Virus record (IMG/VR): IMGVR_UViG_3300032247_000579 | Span: 1 to 28,285 of that record | Reading direction: 5' to 3' (one strand) | Source of the DNA: a virus | Taxonomy: Duplodnaviria > Caudoviricetes | Length of the DNA: 28,285 bases | Shown: positions 15,776 through 24,562 of the stretch, one piece after another | How the letters are laid out: every line of letters begins with the position of its first letter | Numbering within the stretch: position 1 is the stretch's first letter | The notes under the pieces: generated by a model | Databases searched by the model: none | What the model saw: the letters and a program-made list of their open reading frames with translations, nothing else | Told to the model about the DNA's origin: nothing | Translations under genes and position numbers: made by a program

Positions 15776-16776
15776 ATTTAATTGACCTCATTACCGAGGC
15801 GCTAGAGACCCCACGGGTCTCAGTCTCCACGAACCTAGTTCAGGCTAAGGCCGCTAATTTACCTAAGTTATCAAAGGCTAAAGTAAAAAATAAAAAAAGC
15901 AATGAGTGGAAACTAGCAGTAGCCTTACCTGATACACAGATTGGCTTCCGTAAGTATGAGGACGGAGCGCTAGACCCATTCCATGATGTACACGCTATTA
16001 ACGTAGCGCTACAGGTTGTAGCTGCGCTTGAGGCTGAATATGGAGTAGACAAGGTAATTAACCTTGGAGATACACTAGACCTACCGATGTTTGGTAAGTA
16101 TGCTACAGAGCCTACATTTGAGGGAACAGTAAACTTGTCACTCAAGGCTGCTCATGACTACATCGCTAGCCAACGTGCATTAGCACCTAACGCCGAAATC
16201 GTCTACATTGATGGTAATCACGATTGCCGACCTACTAGGTACATCACAGCTATGGCTAAGAACTTGTCTGAGGTACGTCAGGTAGGGGCCACAGACCCTA
16301 TTATCGGTATCCCGCACCTTCTCAACCTTAATAGCATCGGTAATGTGACCCACGTATCTGGTTACCCAGCGGATAAGTACTACATTAACCCAAGGTTGGT
16401 AGCCCGGCATGGATCAGCTGCAGCTAGCAACGGTTCTACTGCCCTTAAGCATGTTAATAGTAATCACCATGAGTCTACTATTTACGGCCATTCACACCGG
16501 ATGGAGTTGTTGTACAAGACTCACGATACAAGCGGTGGGCCAATCCAGAACGGCGCGTACAGCCCAGGGTGTCTATGCCGTATTGATGGTGCAGTTCCTT
16601 CTTATAAGGGAGGCACGATGCTAAACCTTCACCCAGTAAAGCAATACGAAAACTGGCAACAGGGTGTGGGAATCATCTGGTACAAAGATACTGGCGAGTT
16701 CACCATTGAGAACGTACATATCATGGATGGATGGGCCGTATATTCTGGCACAGAGTTTAGGTCAACTTATAAATAA
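15754..16776 (+). CDS. Calcineurin-like metallophosphoesterase
   Basis: LPDTQIG, NLGDTLD, DGNHD, RHG and YGHSHR motifs. Exact start uncertain. Confidence 0.85.
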   Translation: MPVPTSLNLIDLITEALETPRVSVSTNLVQAKAANLPKLSKAKVKNKKSNEWKLAVALPDTQIGFRKYEDGALDPFHDVHAINVALQVVAALEAEYGVDKVINLGDTLDLPMFGKYATEPTFEGTVNLSLKAAHDYIASQRALAPNAEIVYIDGNHDCRPTRYITAMAKNLSEVRQVGATDPIIGIPHLLNLNSIGNVTHVSGYPADKYYINPRLVARHGSAAASNGSTALKHVNSNHHESTIYGHSHRMELLYKTHDTSGGPIQNGAYSPGCLCRIDGAVPSYKGGTMLNLHPVKQYENWQQGVGIIWYKDTGEFTIENVHIMDGWAVYSGTEFRSTYK

Positions 16777-16796
16777 AGGTACCGTACAATAGGTAC

Positions 16797-17336
16797 ATGG
16801 CCAATAACCATCAAAACGTACAAAATCTAGGTGCCGGCGGTATGTATGGCACCAATACCACCTATGGTGGTGGCGGTGTACCCGTTGCTCGTTCTGAGCT
16901 CGACTTCCTACGTATCGGTGTAGGCAGAGTACCGTCCGCAGAGTACCCAGATGGTTACTTAGGAACCATTCGTTCCCGCCGCGATGACCGAGGCCGGCCT
17001 TCTAGCACATCAGACACAGTTCTGAATAGCCTGAAGATCCGCCTCGGTCAACGTGGTTACCAAAGAGGCGTCCACCGTGGCGAGCGCATTGACCCCTCAG
17101 ACTACTTTTATCCATCAGAGCTTGACCCAGAACGTGGGATTAAGCGCCAGATGCGTGCAAAATATAATGGTAATACCTACCTTTCAGCACGACATGTAGA
17201 GAACCAGAAGCTGGTTCCAGCTCCTCACCTACCTAATGATGGCAAAGCTGGCCCAAGTGTAAGAAGCGATTCCCCTTATAATATGGATGAAAAGCGGGTA
17301 TCACAGCTTCGTAACATGAAGCCAAGCTGGAGTTAA
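16797..17336 (+). CDS. Hypothetical protein
   Basis: 179-aa ORF preceded by TACAAT-N6-ATG. Confidence 0.75.
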   Translation: MANNHQNVQNLGAGGMYGTNTTYGGGGVPVARSELDFLRIGVGRVPSAEYPDGYLGTIRSRRDDRGRPSSTSDTVLNSLKIRLGQRGYQRGVHRGERIDPSDYFYPSELDPERGIKRQMRAKYNGNTYLSARHVENQKLVPAPHLPNDGKAGPSVRSDSPYNMDEKRVSQLRNMKPSWS

Positions 17337-17338
17337 TA

Positions 17339-18238
17339 GTGGCTAGAAAAGAAACACAGTCTGAGGTAACAGCCTCCCCATCACCCGACGGAGATTCTAC
17401 AGATGTAGACACCCCAAAGGGTTGGTCACCATCTAGAGTAAATGCGTTTAGACTAGGTGACCAAAATACTAAAGCACTTAAGCTAGACCCAGTTGAGTTT
17501 AGAGAAGCTTTTATTGTTCCAGGAACTAAAAAACTAACCACTGAAATTCAAAACCCCGACGTACTTAGAGCTAATAAAAATATTCGTTTAATGGCGGAAC
17601 GTTCTGCGGAGGCAGCAGATTTTGCAGTCAGGCATGGTTATCAGGAAGAGGCAGAAAACTTCTACCGTAATGAAAGTGCTCAGGCAGAAGCTATTGGACG
17701 TAGGTTTAATGATGCTAGAGAAGCTAGGGGGCTTGAGCAGTACCTACCCCACAACCACGCACTAGCTGGGCATCTACTGTTAGGTGGTTATAGTCAAAGA
17801 ACCTTAGAATCCGCAAGAAAAAGTTTAGTTGAAAGAAGTGCTAGCAGCGGGTTAATTGTCCCTCATATCGCAGCAAAAACGATGCAAAGGGCAATTGACT
17901 CCCAAACCCATCCTCTAGACGTATGGACAAGGGGAAAGCTACACGATTTTACTGGCTCAGCTATTCACCCAGATAGCTGGGATGGTACGTGGCGTGGAGT
18001 ACAGCGAGGACTTGGCTATTGTCAAGATAGGCATGCCTTTGACCTAAAAATGGGAAGGCAATTTGGTGAGTTAGATAGGGGTATTGGAACCCCGTCATCT
18101 GATACAAGTATCAGATCTTATCGAGTTCATCAGGCGGCTGATGAGTTAGGTCATTCATTCTTTGATCCCTCGGGTAGAACTTCTCGACCAACTTTTCAAG
18201 CTCTGGGCTGGGCTGGCTGGAGGGGCGGGGTAATGTGA
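17339..18238 (+). CDS. Hypothetical protein, possible distant HhH DNA-glycosylase-like fold
   Basis: 299-aa ORF. The K...F, DRHA and C-terminal QA..W..WR pattern gives only a weak family inference. Confidence 0.6.
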   Translation: MARKETQSEVTASPSPDGDSTDVDTPKGWSPSRVNAFRLGDQNTKALKLDPVEFREAFIVPGTKKLTTEIQNPDVLRANKNIRLMAERSAEAADFAVRHGYQEEAENFYRNESAQAEAIGRRFNDAREARGLEQYLPHNHALAGHLLLGGYSQRTLESARKSLVERSASSGLIVPHIAAKTMQRAIDSQTHPLDVWTRGKLHDFTGSAIHPDSWDGTWRGVQRGLGYCQDRHAFDLKMGRQFGELDRGIGTPSSDTSIRSYRVHQAADELGHSFFDPSGRTSRPTFQALGWAGWRGGVM

Positions 18239-18398
18239 CCCCACTATTTAGTAAATGCTCCCTAAGCATTTTTCTAGCCCAATAGGAGCGCTTAGCATTT
18301 ATGAAGTACTGCTCCCCAGATTCATCTAGGTCAGGTTCGTAAAGACACTCTGCGTCGTAAACCAGTAAAATAAAGGTAAGTTGTTCATTAGTGAGCAT
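18111..18398 (-). CDS. Possible lone antisense gene (95 aa, MLTNEQLTFILL...)
   Basis: Fills the otherwise empty 18239-18398 gap. TG-T-TACTAT extended -10 lies 6 nt upstream of the ATG. Overlaps the 3' end of the upstream gene by 128 nt. Confidence 0.5.
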   Translation of the reverse strand: MLTNEQLTFILLVYDAECLYEPDLDESGEQYFINAKRSYWARKMLREHLLNSGVTLPRPSSQPSPELEKLVEKFYPRDQRMNDLTHQPPDELDKI

Positions 18399-18425
18399 AT
18401 ATAAATAGTAACATAGGTAGGACAT

Positions 18426-18773
18426 GTGCCAAACTTAACTAATGGAGTGTACTCTAACCGCCCATGGATTGCCCCACCAGAGGCGGCATATCCCCCACAG
18501 GCATACATTGGCCCATTTGCTAGTAATCAGGAGCAGAACCTGAGTCAGGCCCTAGCTTCCCTAACTATGTCTAGCGAAGCACTACAGCAGTACGTACGGC
18601 CTAATATACCTCAGGTAGAGCTATTCCCGCAAAAATATGGATATAGCACAAAAGAGTACAGCTTAGATGATATAGTTGAGCTTAACGTCCCAGTGTCATC
18701 TAGAGTAGACAGCCCTGTTCAACCAGATTGGGTACAATCAAGTTCACGTAACACATTAGGATACGGAGTCTAA
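18426..18773 (+). CDS. Hypothetical protein
   Basis: GTG start after AGGTAGGA; TAATG coupling to the next gene. Confidence 0.7.
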   Translation: MPNLTNGVYSNRPWIAPPEAAYPPQAYIGPFASNQEQNLSQALASLTMSSEALQQYVRPNIPQVELFPQKYGYSTKEYSLDDIVELNVPVSSRVDSPVQPDWVQSSSRNTLGYGV

Positions 18774-19009
18774 TGGCTATTGATCCAGGCTTTATGACAG
18801 ATAGCACCGGTGAAGGTATGCCCGGAGCTACTGATATTACCTTGAGTACACAGCAAAATCTAAAAAATACTTACTATAATGGTAGTAAGCCTTGTTTAGA
18901 GTGTGGACTACAACTAACTCCATACGAAGTTCTGTATTCAGAGCTTTGCCCAACATGTGCTAACCGCAAGGCAAATAAACTAGTAAAAAATAGGATGGTC
19001 AGCGAATGA
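18773..19009 (+). CDS. Small zinc-ribbon protein
   Basis: CLECG...LCPTC; translationally coupled on both sides. Confidence 0.7.
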   Translation: MAIDPGFMTDSTGEGMPGATDITLSTQQNLKNTYYNGSKPCLECGLQLTPYEVLYSELCPTCANRKANKLVKNRMVSE

Positions 19010-19212
19010 CAGTTCCATACAGACGTTCCCCAAATGCAGAGCTAAATGAGGGATCTACAGACGGCAAGTACCGCAAGCGCCGTCCAAATACAACAGTAGC
19101 AGCAGGTATGGGTGACCAGACCGTTATCAAGAACCGAGCTGATCTACACCCGTACATGAATTATGGCTTCATCAACTCTGAAGAGCCTTCTAAAGTAAAT
19201 CCAGGAGCATAA
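19006..19212 (+). CDS. Hypothetical protein
   Basis: ATGA overlap; 68 aa. Confidence 0.65.
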   Translation: MTVPYRRSPNAELNEGSTDGKYRKRRPNTTVAAGMGDQTVIKNRADLHPYMNYGFINSEEPSKVNPGA

Positions 19213-19214
19213 TA

Positions 19215-19673
19215 ATGGGCAGTTGTTACAATTGCGGACAAGGTGGTATTTCAGGCGGAAACGGTTTCTGCGATGATAACTGTGAGTCCGAATACACTGA
19301 TTATGTTAAGGCTGACCAGGCAGACAATCAAGCTGCAGCGCGAGCACTATCACAGACGATTCAATCTCCTCCAGACCGTGGTGGGGACACTTCTCGCCAG
19401 TTCCAAGGCGGTTCTGTAATGAGATGGAATACTGACCCAAGCGGTCATGGCGACACCTACTCCCTTCCTCTAGGCGAAGACATGACTACTAGAGAAGCTG
19501 GTCAACACATTGCTAGAGTTGCATCCGCATCGGGCCAAAAGCCACACAATGTACGCAACGTTTCCCCAAGTGACGCCAGCAAGAACTGTTATATGTGCGG
19601 TGACGATGATAATACTGATGTCTGCGATAACTGTGCTGGAGATATTCAGGAACAGCAAAGAGAACCTAGATAG
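19215..19673 (+). CDS. Hypothetical protein with Cys clusters at both ends
   Basis: AGGAG SD; CYNCG...FCDDNC and CYMCG...VCDNC. Confidence 0.65.
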   Translation: MGSCYNCGQGGISGGNGFCDDNCESEYTDYVKADQADNQAAARALSQTIQSPPDRGGDTSRQFQGGSVMRWNTDPSGHGDTYSLPLGEDMTTREAGQHIARVASASGQKPHNVRNVSPSDASKNCYMCGDDDNTDVCDNCAGDIQEQQREPR

Positions 19674-19682
19674 GGTCTAGTA

Positions 19683-20138
19683 ATGGCTAAGTCAAGAAAG
19701 TCAAAAGTAGCTCAAGACTACTCAATTCAATCTAGTAATCCTATGGTTGAACCGGGTAAGTCTGTAGCGCCTCCTAGAGGCCTATCGAGAGATGAGCATA
19801 TTGAGTTTCGTAGACCATGGACCGAAGCTAGGCATGAGCGTATTGCAGGGTCTGCCGCACCTAATCAAAAGCCGGGAATTAAAAACGTCACAGATGTAGA
19901 GATTCCAGGTTACCAGAGCGGTGGCTGGCTAAAGCCCGGTGGTGGCGCTAGCCCTACTTGGGCAGCAGAGCGTGACATCAGACAGAAAGTATTGTCAGCA
20001 GCACAGACTTATCAGTCTCAAATGGCGCCGATGCACCCGCAGTTTTCACATGTAGTGCAGCCTCAAGACGCTACCCGTAATCCCACTATTGCCCCAGTTC
20101 CACCTGTAGTATTCTCAGATTTACAGCCCCTACCGTAG
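19683..20138 (+). CDS. Hypothetical Pro-rich protein
   Basis: 151-aa ORF co-oriented with its neighbours. Confidence 0.65.
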   Translation: MAKSRKSKVAQDYSIQSSNPMVEPGKSVAPPRGLSRDEHIEFRRPWTEARHERIAGSAAPNQKPGIKNVTDVEIPGYQSGGWLKPGGGASPTWAAERDIRQKVLSAAQTYQSQMAPMHPQFSHVVQPQDATRNPTIAPVPPVVFSDLQPLP

Positions 20139-20173
20139 GTTTGAAACCACAATTAATGTGGTAGAATTATTGC

Positions 20174-20719
20174 ATGGATTTCAGTGGAGCAATTGATTTA
20201 GGCGCAAAAGGTAACGCAGACGAACCGATGATTCGTGTTCTTGTTTGCCGTAATTGTAAGACAATTGAAGAGTTACCTGACTATGAAGGTGATCCAGCAA
20301 CAGACACCCTACTTAACATTCTTGTATCCAAGCACCAAAAGCCTGTAGAGCATATTGGACTTCTTATGAAGTTCCCGTTTAAGTACTGGGCCGTTCCTAA
20401 GATTCAAGAAGAGATTATCAAGCAGATTAAGGGCGGTTCTGATGGTTTGGATGCCTTCCAGACCAACTTCTATGCAACTAAGAACCAGTTTGCTGAAGAT
20501 GCCATGCGTTGTTACAGCGACCATAACCGACCTAAGGGTCAATGTGATGACTACAAATCTGATAAGAAACTTTTAAAGCCTGATACAGATGCTGATCGTA
20601 AGGAAGCAGGTCTTGATAAGGCTGGTAAAACAGGGCCTAAGGTATATCTATGTGATTTCTGCCCAGTAAAGTCCTTTAATATGACCAAAGCTAATGAAGC
20701 AAAGGGCCTATATAAGTAG
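20174..20719 (+). CDS. Hypothetical metal-binding protein
   Basis: CRNC, C...H...C and CDFCP; preceded by TGG-TAGAAT-N6-ATG. Confidence 0.75.
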   Translation: MDFSGAIDLGAKGNADEPMIRVLVCRNCKTIEELPDYEGDPATDTLLNILVSKHQKPVEHIGLLMKFPFKYWAVPKIQEEIIKQIKGGSDGLDAFQTNFYATKNQFAEDAMRCYSDHNRPKGQCDDYKSDKKLLKPDTDADRKEAGLDKAGKTGPKVYLCDFCPVKSFNMTKANEAKGLYK

Positions 20720-20751
20720 TAAAATAGGCGTATGAGAATTAAGGTAGGCCA

Positions 20752-21678
20752 ATGAATTACTACGAAGCACTAGCAAATGCCGCTAAGGATACTTCCATTA
20801 AAGAGCAAGAAACATCTTACTTTAGCGAACCGTCTACGGTGCTAGACCCAACATTATTCCAAGGACAAAGGCTACGTTCAAACGTGCGTGAGGCTATCTT
20901 GGTATTGCTTAATAATCACTTAAAACTAGGTTACAATGAACCAGAATCTTGGTCCACACCTTACCTAGCTGGATCCGGAGTATCGTATAACTGGTCAGCT
21001 TATCGTAGCCCTAAAGATTTAGACTGCTTAGTCAGTATTAACTACGAACAATTTAGGCGTTCCAATCAAGAATATAAGGGGTGGAGCGATAAAGAGATTG
21101 TAGATGAGATTAATCAAGGGTTTAGAAATGAATTACTGCCAAGAACTGATGACTTCATGGGACAGTTTGAGCTTACCTTTTATGTAAACCTTAATCCAAA
21201 TATTGAACAGCTAAAGCCCTACGCCGCTTACTCAGTAACAGATGACCGTTGGGTAGTACCGCCTACAGCAGAGGACTATCCACATAACCCTGAATGGCAA
21301 CAGGTTGCTGATAGGGATGTAGAGATGGCTAAAGTTATTGTGGGCCGTTATACAGATGCTTTAGATAAGGTACGCACAGCAACAAATCCAGCGCACCGAA
21401 CTAACGCAGAGTATGAACTAGCACACGCTGTAACCCAAGCCTCGGCTATGTTTGAAGATATTCACGGATCTAGAAGTCATGCGTTTAGCCCCGAAGGAAC
21501 GGGGTATGCTGACTTCTCTAACTACCGATGGCAAGCCGGTAAGAGGTCAGGGGCAATCTCAGCACTAAAACGTTTACATGATTACTCAAAAGAGGCTGAG
21601 AGCAACTTTTCCACAGAAACCTATGGAATGGAATTGCCCGACCTATCAACTTTAATGAGAAGAACATATCCAAAATAA
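20752..21678 (+). CDS. Pol-beta superfamily nucleotidyltransferase
   Basis: YLAGSGVSYNW...KDLDCLV (GS...DxD) with a third acidic residue in FELTFYV. Confidence 0.7.
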   Translation: MNYYEALANAAKDTSIKEQETSYFSEPSTVLDPTLFQGQRLRSNVREAILVLLNNHLKLGYNEPESWSTPYLAGSGVSYNWSAYRSPKDLDCLVSINYEQFRRSNQEYKGWSDKEIVDEINQGFRNELLPRTDDFMGQFELTFYVNLNPNIEQLKPYAAYSVTDDRWVVPPTAEDYPHNPEWQQVADRDVEMAKVIVGRYTDALDKVRTATNPAHRTNAEYELAHAVTQASAMFEDIHGSRSHAFSPEGTGYADFSNYRWQAGKRSGAISALKRLHDYSKEAESNFSTETYGMELPDLSTLMRRTYPK

Positions 21679-21700
21679 TACATACTACTTGGAGAAATAG

Positions 21701-22417
21701 ATGAAGCAAAACGATAAAGTAGCAATTGCATGGTGCCATACGGGCAGTATCGATACTGAGTTCGGCCTTAGTATTATGCAAGCGATTAGAACCTTTCCTA
21801 AACGTATAGGGGACTTCTACTGTGTAGAGGGTACAGGTCTTCTTGCTAAGAGCCGTAACATTATGGTCAAGCACTTCCTTGACGAAACAACTGATGATTG
21901 GCTGTTCATGCTGGATGCAGACGAACGTTTTTCTACAGAAACATTTAAGTTGTTGTGCGATACCGCGCATCATATCGATCGTCCGATTGTAGCTGGTCTG
22001 TACTTTGCAGCTTTATGGGAAGGCCTAAACCTACGCCCAGTCCCACTATTGTTTACAGCAAATGAAGAGCAGGGACTGCAACCTCTAGATGAATATCCAG
22101 AAAACAGTATTATCCAGGTAGCTGCCGCTGGTACTGGGGCCCTATTAATGCATCGCTCAGCCCTACAAAAGTTACGAGAGGTGGCTGGAGATGACCATAA
22201 AGACTGGGCGTGGTTCCAAGATGGGCCAATCGGTAATAACAAGTGGTTGTCAGAAGACCTAATGTTCTGTTCACGATTGACAGATAATCAAATCCCAATC
22301 CATGCCCATACCGGTGCGGTACTACAGCATCATAAGTCTATGTGGCTTGATGCAGCACATCATGCAACTTGGTTACAGAATAACACTGCTGGTGAAGGGT
22401 TATCTCAACTAAAATGA
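21701..22417 (+). CDS. GT-A fold (GT2-like) glycosyltransferase
   Basis: SRN...FL...DWLFMLDAD (DxD), IVAGLYF, GTGALLMHR and SEDLMFC. Confidence 0.85.
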   Translation: MKQNDKVAIAWCHTGSIDTEFGLSIMQAIRTFPKRIGDFYCVEGTGLLAKSRNIMVKHFLDETTDDWLFMLDADERFSTETFKLLCDTAHHIDRPIVAGLYFAALWEGLNLRPVPLLFTANEEQGLQPLDEYPENSIIQVAAAGTGALLMHRSALQKLREVAGDDHKDWAWFQDGPIGNNKWLSEDLMFCSRLTDNQIPIHAHTGAVLQHHKSMWLDAAHHATWLQNNTAGEGLSQLK

Positions 22418-22530
22418 TAGACGACTCTGAAGATGAAGTTTGGCAACTCTGTGATGGGTGTCACAGACTAGACCCTACCGTTACATATAGCCCCGGATCA
22501 GGGCGTAGGTGTAGCAAATGTCAGTACTAA
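22414..22530 (+). CDS. 38-aa zinc-finger micro-protein (MIDDSEDEVWQLCDGC...RCSKCQY), not in ORF track
   Basis: ATGA overlap with the glycosyltransferase stop; CxxC...CxxC; overlaps the next start. Confidence 0.55.
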   Translation: MIDDSEDEVWQLCDGCHRLDPTVTYSPGSGRRCSKCQY

Positions 22531-23021
22531 TATTCCTTGATGGAATCATAAAACGCACAGCGGATCAATCAGTCTTAGTAGAAGGCGCTGCCCTGTACAA
22601 ATCTATGAATGCCTACTATAGGACGCTGATAGTTACAGAAGATAGAGAGCACACAGACGTATGGTTAAAAAAGAATAACCTAACTAGAAACATTGATGAC
22701 ATTGTAGAGATTGATAAGTCCCCACTTGGAGATAACCTTCTACGAACGGTAGAACGGGAGCGTAGCAAAGGTAAGATTGACTTTGTTATTACGGACAATA
22801 CCGAATTAGTAAAGCAATTACTAGAGGTAGGTATCCCCGCTCTAGTATTTCTTAGCCCACGGTACACACGCCCTGAGTTTCGGCCGGATGCCAAAGAGGG
22901 CGTCAAGAGTTGGGACAGTATTACAGCGGAGCTGGATAAGCAACAAGGGGTATTCATGGAAGACCAACGCCTAAGTTCAGAAGAAGACGTAGACGACAGA
23001 GAGTGGGATGACGCAGAGTGA
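22518..23021 (+). CDS. HAD-superfamily-like protein (degenerate motif I)
   Basis: N-terminal VLIFLDGII, LIVT...T..WL..N and FVITDN...LEVGIP resemble phage PNKP-type HAD domains. The first Asp of DxD is absent. Confidence 0.55.
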   Translation: MSVLIFLDGIIKRTADQSVLVEGAALYKSMNAYYRTLIVTEDREHTDVWLKKNNLTRNIDDIVEIDKSPLGDNLLRTVERERSKGKIDFVITDNTELVKQLLEVGIPALVFLSPRYTRPEFRPDAKEGVKSWDSITAELDKQQGVFMEDQRLSSEEDVDDREWDDAE

Positions 23022-24484
23022 AAATCACCTTTCTAGGTGCGGATGTGCCAAGCAACCGCGTAATTCTGGAGCAGATGGGTGTAAAAGACGTAGGTGTGTC
23101 ATTCTGGAGGTTAGTACAGCGTGGGCTTCCAAAGAATAAGCGGTATCTGCTAGAGAACTACTTCCAGCCCTACATGAATATCCATGTTCATCCAGGTATT
23201 CCGGATAACGCCCAGATGACCAAAGAAGACATGAACGCCTTCGCAGCGGACTATGAGGACTTCATAGCCCATAATATTGACAGGATTACCTCATTTCTAG
23301 AGATTGACCATCCTATGCTTAGCAAGGATGACATCGAGAGGCAACGTGATGCCGCGTGGTCTGACGAGGAAAAGTTCTGGCCTACAATTCGTGCAGACCA
23401 CTCCTATGGAGAAATCGTAGCGATGTGCCAGATGTACAAAAACGTAGCAATACCGTATGACGTTATTGAGAACGACGTGTCAATGGCTGCCAAGACGAGG
23501 GCATTGACCACTCAATACGGCACAACTTTCCACGCTATTGCCTGTGCCAAGCCCGATAACCTACGTCAGATTCAGGTCGCCACCGCTTCTACGCAGTCGT
23601 GGTTAAGCCCGATGATGCGTGGTGAAACTATCGTGTGGGACGGTACAAAACTTGTGCGTTACCCAAAGAAGATGAAGGACCAAGCCCGCCCAAGATACAA
23701 GGCGGTCTATGAGAAAGCCGGTCTAGACTTTGATAAGATTATGGATGACAACGCCATTGAGGTAGCCAAACTGGCTATTTGGTCTTACGAACAATTTGAA
23801 GCGAGGTTCAACATGTCTGGTGCTGATGATAACGAGGAGTTATATATTAACAGCCTAAATCCAGATGATGATGAATCTGTGGAAACAGCCCTCTCCGAAT
23901 ATGACAACAAGGGTGCTGAGATGCGGAAACTTATTGGTCGTGACAGAGACGAAATGGCCACACTTCCCGTCTTTGGAACAGAGATAAAGACAGTAGTAGA
24001 GACCGATGAGCGTGGTAATGATGTCATTAAAGAAATCCCTATCATCCGTTCCAACTCAACCAGCCTTCGGATCTGCGACACCTGTTTCGTGGCAGCAAAC
24101 TGCCCCGCGTTTAAGCCCCAAAATACCTGTGCTTTTAACTTACCAATTAAGTTAGAGACCAAAGAACAGCTGAATTCATTACTAACGTCAATTGTTGAGA
24201 TGCAGGGCCAACGCATAGCGTTTGCAAGGTTTGCAGAAGAAATGAACGGCGGATACCCAGACCCTAACACTAGCCAAGAGGTCGATAGGTTGTTCAAACT
24301 ACTAAAGTTAATGAAAGACCTAGACGACAACTCATCTTATGTAAAGATGACCGTAGAGGCTAAAAACGGGGGCGGAGTATTGTCCCAAATCTTTGGTGAA
24401 CGAGCGTCTATTCTTAACGAACTGCCTGACGGCGGTTATGATGAATCTCAGACCACACGCATCATTCAGGACGCAATCGAGTAA
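23018..24484 (+). CDS. Two-domain protein: TGT/DpdA-like barrel (degenerate) plus C-terminal Cys-cluster domain
   Basis: FHAIACAKPDNLRQIQVATASTQSWLSPMMRGE resembles the hH.hG...S.DS.SW.....G motif of TGT-like proteins. An acidic linker is followed by CDTCFVAANCPAF.....C. Confidence 0.5.
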   Translation: MKITFLGADVPSNRVILEQMGVKDVGVSFWRLVQRGLPKNKRYLLENYFQPYMNIHVHPGIPDNAQMTKEDMNAFAADYEDFIAHNIDRITSFLEIDHPMLSKDDIERQRDAAWSDEEKFWPTIRADHSYGEIVAMCQMYKNVAIPYDVIENDVSMAAKTRALTTQYGTTFHAIACAKPDNLRQIQVATASTQSWLSPMMRGETIVWDGTKLVRYPKKMKDQARPRYKAVYEKAGLDFDKIMDDNAIEVAKLAIWSYEQFEARFNMSGADDNEELYINSLNPDDDESVETALSEYDNKGAEMRKLIGRDRDEMATLPVFGTEIKTVVETDERGNDVIKEIPIIRSNSTSLRICDTCFVAANCPAFKPQNTCAFNLPIKLETKEQLNSLLTSIVEMQGQRIAFARFAEEMNGGYPDPNTSQEVDRLFKLLKLMKDLDDNSSYVKMTVEAKNGGGVLSQIFGERASILNELPDGGYDESQTTRIIQDAIE

Positions 24485-24562
24485 CTACTGTTATGTATTA
24501 ACAGACCCTTATCAAGACCAGAACTACCATAAACCCCAAAAACAACTATACAAGGAGCGCCA

